From Coleofasciculus sp. B1-GNL1-01 (GTDB taxonomy: Bacteria; Cyanobacteriota; Cyanobacteriia; Cyanobacteriales; Coleofasciculaceae): a DNA stretch of 57,097 nt. How positions within the stretch are numbered: the first letter of the stretch is position 1; each line of letters starts with the position of its first letter. Shown here one piece after another: positions 1 through 9,494 of this stretch. Position numbers and translations under genes: made by a program. Under the pieces are notes generated by a model. It saw only the letters and a list, made by a program, of their open reading frames with translations, made no database searches and was not told where the DNA came from. The stretch lies in assembly GCA_040220235.1 (NCBI GenBank), contig JAVJTO010000122.1, one strand, 5' to 3'.

Positions 1-32
1 TTTCCGGATATTACCTGATTTTTCTTGCAATG

Positions 33-69
33 GTTTCAACCCTCTGTCGAGGGAGAATTCGGCGCTGAG
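33..69 (-). CRISPR. Single probable CRISPR direct repeat (37 nt); array probably continues left of the window
   Basis: Minus strand reads CTCAGCGCCGAATTCTCCCTCGACAGAGGGTTGAAAC: 37 nt, internal hairpin CCCTC-GACA-GAGGG and 3' GAAAC end typical of cyanobacterial Cas6-processed repeats. Only one copy is visible; 1-32 would be a truncated spacer. Confidence 0.5.
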
Positions 70-254
70 GTCGGCAAAAATTCCAGGATGCAAGACGGTT
101 ATAGTGTAAAAACCTTGCACTTGTTGGGTCGGAAAATGGCTTGAAACCCCTATCTAGTCTACCTTACACACTTATGCAGCAAGCCCTAAATATTTAAGGC
201 TAAATCGCCTAGGGTAACACGGGTTTGTAGTTGCGCTGTCCTCGCCGTTCTAAC

Positions 255-491
255 TCAAGACTTGTTGGATTGATGTTTGCTGAATAAAAACCACCAAAGT
301 TCTGCACCAATTAATACAACTCCCCCTAACGTAACCCCCACTTTCAGGAGTAACGGTTGCTCAATTTTGCTAAATTGGCTCGTTTTCTGGGACTGATGTT
401 CTGACAATTTAGCCATAGCCGGATTAACAGCAACTCCGAATATAAGTCCTAAACTAATCAGATAGGTTAAAATTTTAGGTTTAGTTACCAT
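255..491 (-). CDS. Small membrane protein downstream of pacS, resembling the N-terminus of cyanobacterial cupredoxin-domain proteins
   Basis: Signal-like N-terminus and TM segment IEQPLLLKVGVTLGG...ELWWFLFSK; RBS GAGGAG upstream; co-oriented with the Cu-ATPase. Confidence 0.65.
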   Translation of the reverse strand: MVTKPKILTYLISLGLIFGVAVNPAMAKLSEHQSQKTSQFSKIEQPLLLKVGVTLGGVVLIGAELWWFLFSKHQSNKS

Positions 492-578
492 GGGTTTGAT
501 TGCTCCTCAAGGTTAATAAAGGGCGACCCGATAAAGTTGAATGGATCTGAGTTATTTATTGATTTCAGTGGGTCGCCC

Positions 579-2969
579 CTACAGGCGATCGCTGATAAGT
601 TTGGGCTGAAAATTCCGTAACCGTAATGCATTAGTGACCACAGAAATAGAACTCAGCGCCATGGCTCCCCCGGCTATAATTGGATTGAGTAATACACCAA
701 ATAAGGGGTAAAGAATTCCCGCCGCAATTGGAATCCCGGCGGTGTTATAAATAAAGGCAAAAAACAGATTTTGGCGAATATTTCCCATCGTGGCGTGGCT
801 GAGTTGAATCGCCGTAACCACGCCGTTTAAGTCACCGGAAATTAGGGTAATATCACTGGCTGCCATAGCCACATCCGTACCCGTACCAATAGCTATTCCC
901 ACATCCGCTTGGGCTAAGGCGGGGGCGTCATTAATTCCATCGCCTACCATAGCAACAATCCGGTTTGAATGTTGATTGTTGATAGTGTAGGGGCGGGTTT
1001 TACCGATAAGGTTTAGGAAAAAACCACTAATTTCACTAAACCAGCCCTGGCTAATTGTTGATTGTGGAGTCTTCTTAATCGATTCGGTTTGTAGGGAACG
1101 GATGACATCGGATTTCTGATCCGGGCGCACTTCGGCAAAGACGTGCTGGATACCAATTTCTCGTGCGATCGCGTCTGCTGTTTGTTGATTATCTCCGGTT
1201 AACATCACCACTTGCAATCCCAAGCGTTGCAGTTTCTTTACCGCCTCCACAGAAGAAGGTTTTATGGCATCAGCAATGCCCACTAATCCCTCAATCTTAC
1301 CATCCACAGCAATCCAAGCCGTTGTTTTGGTCGCCGCTTCCCAGGTTTGTTTCTGAGATTGTAGGGATTGGGTATCAATTTCTAATGCATTCATCCAGCG
1401 TTGAGTGCCAATTTGGATGAAGTGATTCTCCACTTCTCCTTGCACCCCCATTCCAGCTACGGCTTCAAAGTGTTGTACGTCGGGTAAGGGGAATTCTACG
1501 CCCTGTAATTTGGCATAATCAACAATGGCTTCAGCTAAGGGATGTTCTGAAAGCCGTTCCACAGCAGCGGCTAATCGGAGCAGTTTTATTTCATGATGAT
1601 CGGCTGTTCCTTTGACGGTAACATAGTCAGTTACGCTGGGTTTTCCTTCGGTAATCGTTCCGGTTTTATCCAGGACAATTGCCTGAAGTTTATGAGCGAG
1701 TTCTAAACTGTCGCCCCCTTTAATTAAAATGCCATTTTCTGCGCCCAAGCCGGTACCAACCATAATCGATGTCGGGGTAGCTAATCCTAAGGCACAGGGA
1801 CAAGCGATAATTAAAACGCCAACCGTAGTAATCGTGGCAAGGGTAACATTACCCATTACATTAAACCAGATCACAAACGTCGCGATCGCAACCGCAATTA
1901 CAACGGGTACAAACCAGCCTGTGACTTGATCCGCGAGTTTCTGAATCGGGGCTTTTGACCCTTGGGCTTCTTGGACTAATTTGACAATTTGCGCCAATAC
2001 CGTATCTTTCCCCACTCGTGAGGCGCGGAATTTAAAACTCCCGGTTTTATTAATCGTAGCGCCAATCACTTCATCGCCAGCTTGTTTTTTCACCGGGATA
2101 GGTTCTCCGGTTACCATGGATTCATCAATCGTGGATGCACCATCAACCACTTGCCCATCCACGGGAATCTTTTCCCCAGGGCGCACGACAATAATATCAT
2201 CGACGATTACCTGTTCAATCGGAATATCAACCTCTTCACCTTTCCGAATTACCCGCGCTGTTTTCGCTTGTAATCCCATTAACTTACGGATCGCTTCTGA
2301 GGTTTGACCCTTTGCCCGATTTTCCAACAGTCGCCCTAATAAAATTAGGGTAATAATCACAGCGGCGGGTTCGTAATAGATATCCGGCGACAAGCCTTGG
2401 GCGATTAAAAAGCCAGGGAAAAGGGTAACAAAGAGAGAATATAAATAAGCCGAACCTGTCCCCAGCGCTACTAGCGTATTCATATCCGCGCCATGGCGTT
2501 TAAAGGCTTTCCACGCGCCGACAAAGAAGGATTGACCGCACCAAAACAGTACAGGTGTACTTAACACCAGTTGCACCCAAGCATTATGCAGCCAGGAGGG
2601 AAAGTAGGGAATGTGCAACCCTGTCATCGCCGGAAGTGAACCGACGACGAGGATTAGGCTGATAACGCCGCCGACGATAACTTTACGTTTGAGATCCCGT
2701 TGATGGGCTTCCCGTGCTTCTTTTTCAGCGTCGGTGTCTTCACCCATTTGGGTGGTATCTAAGGGATGCGCCCCATATCCTGCATCGGCGACGGCTTGTT
2801 GGATGGTGTCTAAATTTGTCGCTTTGGGATTATAGGTTACAGTTCCTTGTTCCATGGCAAAGTTAACATTACAGTCAACAACGCCAGGAACGTTTTGGAT
2901 GGCTTGTTCAATGGTGGCGGCGCAAGAGGCGCAACCCATTCCTTGTAGTCGTAGATGGCTGGTTTCCAT
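579..2969 (-). CDS. pacS: Cu(I)-translocating P1B-type ATPase, PacS type
   Basis: N-terminal [34 protein letters not shown] and MALSS motifs. Confidence 0.93.
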   Translation of the reverse strand: METSHLRLQGMGCASCAATIEQAIQNVPGVVDCNVNFAMEQGTVTYNPKATNLDTIQQAVADAGYGAHPLDTTQMGEDTDAEKEAREAHQRDLKRKVIVGGVISLILVVGSLPAMTGLHIPYFPSWLHNAWVQLVLSTPVLFWCGQSFFVGAWKAFKRHGADMNTLVALGTGSAYLYSLFVTLFPGFLIAQGLSPDIYYEPAAVIITLILLGRLLENRAKGQTSEAIRKLMGLQAKTARVIRKGEEVDIPIEQVIVDDIIVVRPGEKIPVDGQVVDGASTIDESMVTGEPIPVKKQAGDEVIGATINKTGSFKFRASRVGKDTVLAQIVKLVQEAQGSKAPIQKLADQVTGWFVPVVIAVAIATFVIWFNVMGNVTLATITTVGVLIIACPCALGLATPTSIMVGTGLGAENGILIKGGDSLELAHKLQAIVLDKTGTITEGKPSVTDYVTVKGTADHHEIKLLRLAAAVERLSEHPLAEAIVDYAKLQGVEFPLPDVQHFEAVAGMGVQGEVENHFIQIGTQRWMNALEIDTQSLQSQKQTWEAATKTTAWIAVDGKIEGLVGIADAIKPSSVEAVKKLQRLGLQVVMLTGDNQQTADAIAREIGIQHVFAEVRPDQKSDVIRSLQTESIKKTPQSTISQGWFSEISGFFLNLIGKTRPYTINNQHSNRIVAMVGDGINDAPALAQADVGIAIGTGTDVAMAASDITLISGDLNGVVTAIQLSHATMGNIRQNLFFAFIYNTAGIPIAAGILYPLFGVLLNPIIAGGAMALSSISVVTNALRLRNFQPKLISDRL

Positions 2970-3058
2970 GGTTGACTCCTGGAGATCTGCAATTTGGGAG
3001 GTGCGGAGGGTGAGGGAGTGAGGAGGGGTAATGGCACGTCTGAAGGGTGTACATTTAT

Positions 3059-3090
3059 AGGATAAAGTCTCCAGTAGACTGGAGAGTCAA
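3059..3090 (-). promoter_or_regulatory. MerR-family (CueR/PacR-like) promoter/operator of pacS
   Basis: -35 TTGACT, 19-20 bp spacer containing the perfect dyad TCTCCAGT-N2-ACTGGAGA (3068-3085), then -10-like TATCCT; classic MerR long-spacer geometry. Confidence 0.85.
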
Positions 3091-3335
3091 GGAAAAATAA
3101 AAATCAGGGATGTGGAATAGGGGGGTAGCTGGACTTACTGGCTAGAGTTGTGATATTATCTCCCGCAAATCGCTCCTAATAAAAAAGCCCGAAACCCTTA
3201 CTGTTGCAGCATTAGTATTATGGGCAATTAACAGGACTTGACATGAGTACAGCAATTGAACGATAACCTCAGACCAGTGTTCTAGTGCATTTTTTTAGCA
3301 ACGAACTTTATTTAATTGTTGGAGGAATTAATCTA

Positions 3336-4352
3336 ATGAATCATACTGAATACTTGTGTGAACAAATTAATTTATCACTTCGTTCCCTCTCCTATAGCTT
3401 TAGTGAAGATTCCCATAGGCAAAAGCTGGTTTTAAATTCTTATCAACCCGTTTATTTCTATGTAAAATCCGGAGAAACGGCTGGGGGTATGTCTACTCAA
3501 TGGATGCGTACTAAACATTCTGGAGGCGCAATTCACGAACCTGGAACAATTGCTGTTTTTGATGCGTTATGTACATCAGCAAAATCAATCAAGACAGTCT
3601 TTGATGTTGGAGCTTTACACGGCTACTTTTCTCTAATATGTTTGTCAATATTTGATGCCGCAAAAGTTTATTCATTTGAGATGAATCCGGTTTCGTTTGC
3701 CTCCCTAAAACATAACATCGATCTTAACCACCAACTAGATGTATCTCGAAATAAAGCCTTTAACTATGCACTTTCTGACTCCTCGGAACTAAATAAATCT
3801 ATAATCAACCGAGGTTTTAAAATTGATAGTGTTAGTAATTATCCCTATTTAGATCGTCTCAAGATAATTTTAAAAAACATGCAAGTTTATGGCACATATA
3901 AGTTATGGGAGAGCAAAGATAAGTTGAAGCAGTTTTTGGATCGAACCCCGAAAAAAAAATATTTTAAGTATAAGCAATATTTTAAGCAATTTAACATAGA
4001 TTGTTGGTCAATTGATGATTTCTGTGAAGAAAATTCTGTAATGCCAGATTTGATTAAAATGGATGTAGAAGGTTTCCAAGCTAAAATCATCCCCGGAGCA
4101 ATGAAAACACTTGAAAAATCCAAACCTTTTTTCCTACTAGAATTCGATTCACTCTCGAAAGTTAATGCCTTTGGTCTCTCAAATAAAGAAATAGTCAAAC
4201 CTCTTTTTGATATGGGTTATCAGCTTATTTGGGGGAATCATCGTACCCAAAATAGCGCTTTTATACCTCTCAACTACAATGATCTAGATTCGAGTCACGA
4301 ATGCAACTCGTTAGGTCTGTTCTTTGTTGAAGAACGCTTGCGCTTGCATTGA
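3336..4352 (+). CDS. FkbM-family SAM-dependent methyltransferase
   Basis: VFDVGALHGYFS, VYSFEMNP and PDLIKMDVEG motifs; start moved to ATG 3336 behind GGAGGA; AT-rich. Confidence 0.85.
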   Translation: MNHTEYLCEQINLSLRSLSYSFSEDSHRQKLVLNSYQPVYFYVKSGETAGGMSTQWMRTKHSGGAIHEPGTIAVFDALCTSAKSIKTVFDVGALHGYFSLICLSIFDAAKVYSFEMNPVSFASLKHNIDLNHQLDVSRNKAFNYALSDSSELNKSIINRGFKIDSVSNYPYLDRLKIILKNMQVYGTYKLWESKDKLKQFLDRTPKKKYFKYKQYFKQFNIDCWSIDDFCEENSVMPDLIKMDVEGFQAKIIPGAMKTLEKSKPFFLLEFDSLSKVNAFGLSNKEIVKPLFDMGYQLIWGNHRTQNSAFIPLNYNDLDSSHECNSLGLFFVEERLRLH

Positions 4353-4730
4353 GCTAGTAACCTAGAGTTGGGTTTCGTTCCTCAACCCAACCTACAAAAG
4401 AATCACGATCAGGGATTGAAAGGGCACGGCAATGCCGTGTCCCTAAAATTATTGGAATGTTGGAATTTTCGTGAATCCCTATAAGGAATTAAAATTAGCG
4501 CCGGGAATGCGATCGCGTCTGAAACCAGATAATAATTCCCATACTCAGCAGCATAAGAGAAATAGTACACTCCTTAAAAACCTCAAACAAACCCTGGCGA
4601 ATGGAATTTGCGGAATTCTAAAAACGAAGTTCGCCTACGCGGACTATCCGAAAAATCAAGGGTTGTGAAACCCGCGCAGGCGGGTTTAGTTTGTGTAGCT
4701 GCGGTTTGAACCGCCCTGCTTCTCCAACGT

Positions 4731-5375
4731 TCATCTTGCGATCGCGCTTTCAAATTCCTCTAATGCCTGAACATGTCCCACTTGCCATGACCGTTTTACG
4801 GTAGCCGGGATAACCTGAGTGATCGAAATTTCTGGAAACGTTGGACTACTATCGGATTGTCTATAGTCTCCTTCAATTAAAATATAAATTATCAACTTGC
4901 CACAATCATAAACCCAGACTTCGGGAACGCCAATCGCTTGATAAGCATCCAATGTTGTTTTCGAGGTAACATCTGACTCGATTGCCAAATCAGGCGGTGG
5001 ATCATCGGGTTCAAGTCGGCGACGACCAATCATTTGTTGATAATTCTGGATATAGAAACAGGCATCTGGTTCAACGCCTGCTGCACCCTCTTTTTTAAAC
5101 GTCGTTGAACCAAAAGGTTCATATCGCCTACTTGTCGCCTTAAGCAATAGCTTGACAATATCTGAAATAATATCCTTCGGTTTTTCATGCTCAGGTAAAG
5201 GAACCCTAATTTCTAAGGTTCCCTGGCTGTAAGCAAGTCTTGCTGCACGTTTTTCTCCTAACTCTGACAAAATAGACTCAAATTCCTGCCAGTTTACATT
5301 AGGAATTGTCACAGCACTGCCGGGTGCTAGTTGCATCTGGCTAACGGGTTTAACAATTGGGGAAAGAGTCGTCAT
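4731..5375 (-). CDS. Uma2/DUF820 family PD-(D/E)xK putative endonuclease
   Basis: PLPEHE, GSTTF, EPDACFY, PPDLAIE and Y..IGVPEVW motifs. Confidence 0.9.
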   Translation of the reverse strand: MTTLSPIVKPVSQMQLAPGSAVTIPNVNWQEFESILSELGEKRAARLAYSQGTLEIRVPLPEHEKPKDIISDIVKLLLKATSRRYEPFGSTTFKKEGAAGVEPDACFYIQNYQQMIGRRRLEPDDPPPDLAIESDVTSKTTLDAYQAIGVPEVWVYDCGKLIIYILIEGDYRQSDSSPTFPEISITQVIPATVKRSWQVGHVQALEEFESAIAR

Positions 5376-5515
5376 ACTATCAAAAAATTACAAATTCAGT
5401 AGAGACGCTCTACTGGAACGTTTCTACTGAAGTCAGAAAAGCCGTTATTGACTCGCTAATATTACCATTGCTGGAGGAGTTTTTAGCTAATTCGTTCAGA
5501 CAACCGCCTTAGCTA

Positions 5516-5992
5516 CTATTCTCCAAACAAACTCTTAATCGCATCTCCTAAATTTTCAGACGCCTTTTCCATATCCGATCCTGCATCGTCGGCGCGATTT
5601 TTAACCCGACCTGTATCTTGCTCCGCCCGCCCTTGGACTTGCTTGGCTGCACCTTTAACGTCTTCCTTAGCTTTGCCCATATTTCGTTCTACCGTGCCAA
5701 TATCTTCTTTGGCTTTTCCTTGAATTTGGTCGCTGGTTCCCGAACCAAATACTTTGTCAACGGGGTTACTATCAGCAACGATAAATGGTGTCATTTTCAC
5801 AGTTAAAGCCTGGGCTGTAGGCATGGGATTAAATAAAGTGCCTGTCCAAGTCAATGCCACTAATGCCATCGACAAAAGAACGGACAGCATCTTTTTCGCC
5901 CGGTATTGTTGAGAATTGCCCGAAACTTGATTAATTATCCTGAACATACTTAATTGAGACTTTAGAACTTGAACTCTCGAATGGTAACCCAT
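5516..5992 (-). CDS. CsbD-family general stress protein with signal peptide (true start may be downstream)
   Basis: Hydrophobic signal ending AQA; DQIQGKAKEDIG...KGAAKQVQG CsbD-like repeats. Confidence 0.7.
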   Translation of the reverse strand: MGYHSRVQVLKSQLSMFRIINQVSGNSQQYRAKKMLSVLLSMALVALTWTGTLFNPMPTAQALTVKMTPFIVADSNPVDKVFGSGTSDQIQGKAKEDIGTVERNMGKAKEDVKGAAKQVQGRAEQDTGRVKNRADDAGSDMEKASENLGDAIKSLFGE

Positions 5993-6009
5993 TCAACCCT
6001 GTTCAGGAT

Positions 6010-6702
6010 TCACCCATTAGATAGAGATTTTGATTCTTTGACCTGAGTTCGCAACCAAGTCAACCAGGTATCTAATCCTTCACCTGTTTTCGCCGAGAGC
6101 CGAATAATCGTAACCTGGGGATTGATTTGACGCACGTTAGATTCCAGACGGTTGAGATCAATATCCAGGTAAGGGGCTAAGTCGATTTTGCTAATTAATA
6201 AGCAGTCTGCTTCTTGAAACATGATTGGATATTTCAATGGTTTGTCCTCTCCCTCGGTGACACTTATCAGTGCAACCTTGCCATGTTCTCCCACTTCAAA
6301 TTCAGCCGGACAAACCAGATTACCGACATTCTCGACAAAAACGAGATCCAATTCCGCTGGATTGTATTCCGCTGCTAACGTGTGAAGTCCTCCTGATACC
6401 ATTTTTGAGTCAAGATGACAGGAACGTCCGGTATTAATCGCAATCACAGGAACACCGTATTGACGCAGCCGTTCGGCGTCTAATTCAGTTGTCATATCCC
6501 CTTCAATTACTGCCATTTTTAAGTCAGGATTCAGGGCGGCTAAAGTACGCTCTAACAGCACTGTTTTCCCCGCACCGGGGCTACTCATGATATTTAGACA
6601 GGTAATTCCCCACTGATCAAAATGGGCGCGGTTGTGATTGGCTCCCGCTTGGTTAGCGTGGAGTAAGTTAATTTCTAAAGCAGCTTCAACGGTTTGGTGC
6701 AT
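6010..6702 (-). CDS. hypB: Ni-insertion GTPase HypB (guanidine hydrolase accessory, GhaB-like)
   Basis: [28 protein letters not shown] and [10 protein letters not shown] motifs; in operon with gdmH. Confidence 0.95.
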   Translation of the reverse strand: MHQTVEAALEINLLHANQAGANHNRAHFDQWGITCLNIMSSPGAGKTVLLERTLAALNPDLKMAVIEGDMTTELDAERLRQYGVPVIAINTGRSCHLDSKMVSGGLHTLAAEYNPAELDLVFVENVGNLVCPAEFEVGEHGKVALISVTEGEDKPLKYPIMFQEADCLLISKIDLAPYLDIDLNRLESNVRQINPQVTIIRLSAKTGEGLDTWLTWLRTQVKESKSLSNG

Positions 6703-6868
6703 TGTTAGTTAGGCTAAATAAGTTTTGTGGGGGGGAAAGGTTTCATAGGGAATAGGCAATGGGCAATAGAGAATCGCTGTAGTGCGAGCGTCTCGTTCGC
6801 TATTTTATCAGGTTTTGAACTCAATTAAAAATAATATAAGACGTAGCTGGCTTTTCCAGGAAAGCGAG

Positions 6869-6996
6869 TAAGCTGTCATGCATTTAAATTGGGTATTAGT
6901 AGCGAGCAAGATGCAAAGCCTGCGGCATGGCTTCGCTTAACGCACTACAAGGATTTCGTCATTATTGACATTAAGGTTTAAATGCCGAACAGCTTA
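6869..6996. mobile_element. MITE-like element (TAAGCTGT...ACAGCTTA ends) with a nested 26-nt insert
   Basis: Inverted ends; close sequence match to the copy at 9998-10170. Confidence 0.7.
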
Positions 6997-7069
6997 TGAC
7001 AAATCACCAATGACAAATGACGAATGACAAATGACATCTCAACCGTTAACTTTAATTTTGCCCACCTCC

Positions 7070-7435
7070 TTACCTTTCAACACAAGATTGAGCATATTCA
7101 ATCCGATTGATTTTCAGTTCTCGTCCCGAACGAATATCCTCCATCAGAGATTGGCAACTGGGACAAGAATAGTGCAATCCGATTTCGGGTTTGTATTCCT
7201 CTTGACAGGCGTGGCAAAATGCGACCAAAGGCGTCTCGTGAATGGTTAATTTTACCCCCTCTAAAAAACCCTTTTGAGTCTGTGCCGCAAACGCAAATTG
7301 CAAACTAGCAGGTTCTACACAAGTGAATTTCCCCACTGTCAGGTGAATCGTATCAATTTGCGGACGAGAGGGTTGTTCCTCCCACCATTGGCGGACTGTC
7401 AAAATTAAGGCTTTGGTCATATCGGTTTCATGCAC
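7070..7435 (-). CDS. hypA: Ni metallochaperone HypA (GhaA-like)
   Basis: MHE N-terminus (GTG start), two CxxC (CHAC, CPSC), SGREL. Confidence 0.95.
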   Translation of the reverse strand: MHETDMTKALILTVRQWWEEQPSRPQIDTIHLTVGKFTCVEPASLQFAFAAQTQKGFLEGVKLTIHETPLVAFCHACQEEYKPEIGLHYSCPSCQSLMEDIRSGRELKINRIEYAQSCVER

Positions 7436-7488
7436 GCTTTATCCCTCCCCCAATTTTCTCAATTTCTGCCATTTTATACTTAAATGAA

Positions 7489-8682
7489 TTAAATCCATTC
7501 CACCATTTCAGCTTGATAATTCATTTGAATGTAATCAGGCTTTTCCTGGCGAGGAAGCTGACCCGATACGACTAAATGACCCATCGTATCACAAATCACC
7601 CGGGTTGCCATGAGCGAGGTCATATCACTAATATCATAGGGAGGTGAAACTTCGACCACTTCTAACCCACAAACCGGAACATTTTGGACAATTTTCTTGA
7701 GCAGATAGAGGGCTTCACGGGGCAGTAAACCACCGGGTTCGGGCCACCCGGTTCCGGGAACAAATCCAGCGTCAATACAATCAATATCAAAACTAATCCA
7801 GACACAATCTGTCCCATCAGTGGCTCGCTTTATGGCAAAATCGGCTGCCGCATCTAATCCCATTTCTGTAATATCGGTAACGGTGAGAATATTCGTAGCC
7901 CGTTCTCGACAAACTTTGACGCCTTGACGCGGGACTTGCCAGCCACCAATTCCCAGTTGGACTAGGTTTTTAGCCGGAGCATTTTTGATATTAGTGGCGT
8001 GAAACCAGGGACAGGTATGCATCCGTTCATCGAGATCGGTTTCTTGGGTATCGACATGGCGATCAAAGTGAATAATGCCCACTTTTTTATCCCCCAGATG
8101 CCGACAAATTCCCCGCACTGTGGCAAATCCAATGGAATGATCGCCGCCTAGAATAATCGGGAATGCACCGGAACTAAAAACATGGGCAATTCCCTTGGAA
8201 ATTTGGTCAAAAGACTTTTCATTATTCGCCGGGATGGTAAAAATATCGCCCACATCACAGAGGGTAATTTGTTCTCGTAAATCAACGCCTAATTCAAAAT
8301 TGTACGGCGTATACAAGGCACTAATCCGACGAATCCCTTGGGGACCAAACCGCGTACCCGGGCGATAAGTTGTACCGGAATCATGGGGAACCCCGATAAT
8401 CGCTACGTCATAATTGCCAACTTGACGCACATCTTCTAAATAAGGCGCTTTCATAAAGGTATTAATCCCAGCATAGTGGGGCAATTCACCTCGCGAAAAC
8501 GTAGGAATCGTGCGATCGCGGATACTTTCAGCGGCTTCTAAACCGTAGTCTAACCCTTGGTTGACTTCTTGTTGCCAGCCAGTTAAAGGAAGCTGTTGTT
8601 CTCGTTCTAAAGCACGTTGAGCTTCGCTGGGGTATTCATTGGGGTTGTTATTCGGGCGTTGAAATGGAAATGACTCACTCAT
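7489..8682 (-). CDS. gdmH: Ni-dependent guanidine hydrolase (ureohydrolase/agmatinase family)
   Basis: GGDHS, FDRHVD, MHTCPWFH, DIDCID and PGTGWPEPGG motifs; preceded by a guanidine-I riboswitch and followed by hypA-hypB, as for Synechocystis sll1077-1079. Confidence 0.9.
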   Translation of the reverse strand: MSESFPFQRPNNNPNEYPSEAQRALEREQQLPLTGWQQEVNQGLDYGLEAAESIRDRTIPTFSRGELPHYAGINTFMKAPYLEDVRQVGNYDVAIIGVPHDSGTTYRPGTRFGPQGIRRISALYTPYNFELGVDLREQITLCDVGDIFTIPANNEKSFDQISKGIAHVFSSGAFPIILGGDHSIGFATVRGICRHLGDKKVGIIHFDRHVDTQETDLDERMHTCPWFHATNIKNAPAKNLVQLGIGGWQVPRQGVKVCRERATNILTVTDITEMGLDAAADFAIKRATDGTDCVWISFDIDCIDAGFVPGTGWPEPGGLLPREALYLLKKIVQNVPVCGLEVVEVSPPYDISDMTSLMATRVICDTMGHLVVSGQLPRQEKPDYIQMNYQAEMVEWI

Positions 8683-8705
8683 AAATTTCTCCAGATTAAT
8701 GTCAC

Positions 8706-8766
8706 CAAAAAACAGGAAAAATACCCAGAAGTGTGACGACTCTTGCCTTCGCCAACATCTCCCGGG
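8706..8766 (-). terminator. Riboswitch expression-platform terminator
   Basis: CCCGGGAG...CTTCTGGG stem followed by T-rich TATTTTTCCTGTTTTTT; overlaps the aptamer 3' end. Confidence 0.65.
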
Positions 8767-8892
8767 CTTTTCTCCCGCCGTGGGGCTACTGATTTAGTAA
8801 TCCGTGCGGATTGATAAAATCTTTTTTGGGTAGCCTGCTTCTCTTGGACCAGTCATTTCAGCGGTTGAATCCGAAATCGGAACCCTAGAAGC
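8759..8892 (-). promoter_or_regulatory. Guanidine-I (ykkC-yxkD) riboswitch aptamer
   Basis: Minus strand has TTCTAGGGTTCCG...ACTGGTCCAAGAGAAG...CACGGCGGGAGAAAAGCCCGGGAG, the consensus segments of the class. Confidence 0.92.
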
Positions 8893-8943
8893 TAATTCTA
8901 TTTTGCTTTCTTTATAATTACTATTCTCTGATAGTAGCAAAAT

Positions 8944-8957
8944 GTATGAAAAGTTAC
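8944..8957 (-). promoter_or_regulatory. NtcA-like binding site upstream of the guanidine riboswitch
   Basis: GTA-N8-TAC (GTAACTTTTCATAC on minus strand) in an A/T-rich context. Confidence 0.6.
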
Positions 8958-9494
8958 AAAAATCCATTTAAATTGGCTTGGATCAGCGAATCGTAAACTG
9001 GCTACCCTTGGGTGACGTACCCAGCGCTGCGCGTCGTGACAGCGTGGGGCTTCCGGCGTTTTGGCTAAATTGGCTTCATCTTCAACTCAAATGAAACCGT
9101 TGTCCACCCTTAGTCAGATATTACAGCTCATTCTCTAGTTGGACGCGATCGCACCAATAACTTTCTACAGTAAAAAGCGAGAGGACAGTAATCTAGGTCA
9201 ACCTTAAAATCAGCCGGATTTGTGGGTTCGCGGTTTGATGGACATTGGCTCATCTTCAATGTATGTCATAGGGTTAAACCCTTTCATACCCTTACACCGC
9301 TATCAGGGAAAATATATCATTGCTCCCCCATTCCCCCTGCTTCCCCTACTTCCCCTGTTCTCTACCCACCCCCCACAACACTTATGCAGCAGGTTACTCG
9401 GTGATTGAGTTTCCGGGGGTAAATTAGGTCAATTCCGTTAGCTTAAATATTGACGCCACAGTCAAAAATTAGTTGTAAACCCTAGAGGACTATC

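Noticed and set aside
1163..2307. Antisense and alternate-frame ORFs within pacS, and similar ones inside ctaA, sdhA, the WD40 genes and others
   Set aside because: Shadow ORFs of long coding genes with no independent motifs.
6010..7435. hypA/hypB as evidence of a hydrogenase cluster
   Set aside because: No hox/hup or hypCDEF genes are present; the context indicates Ni delivery to guanidine hydrolase.
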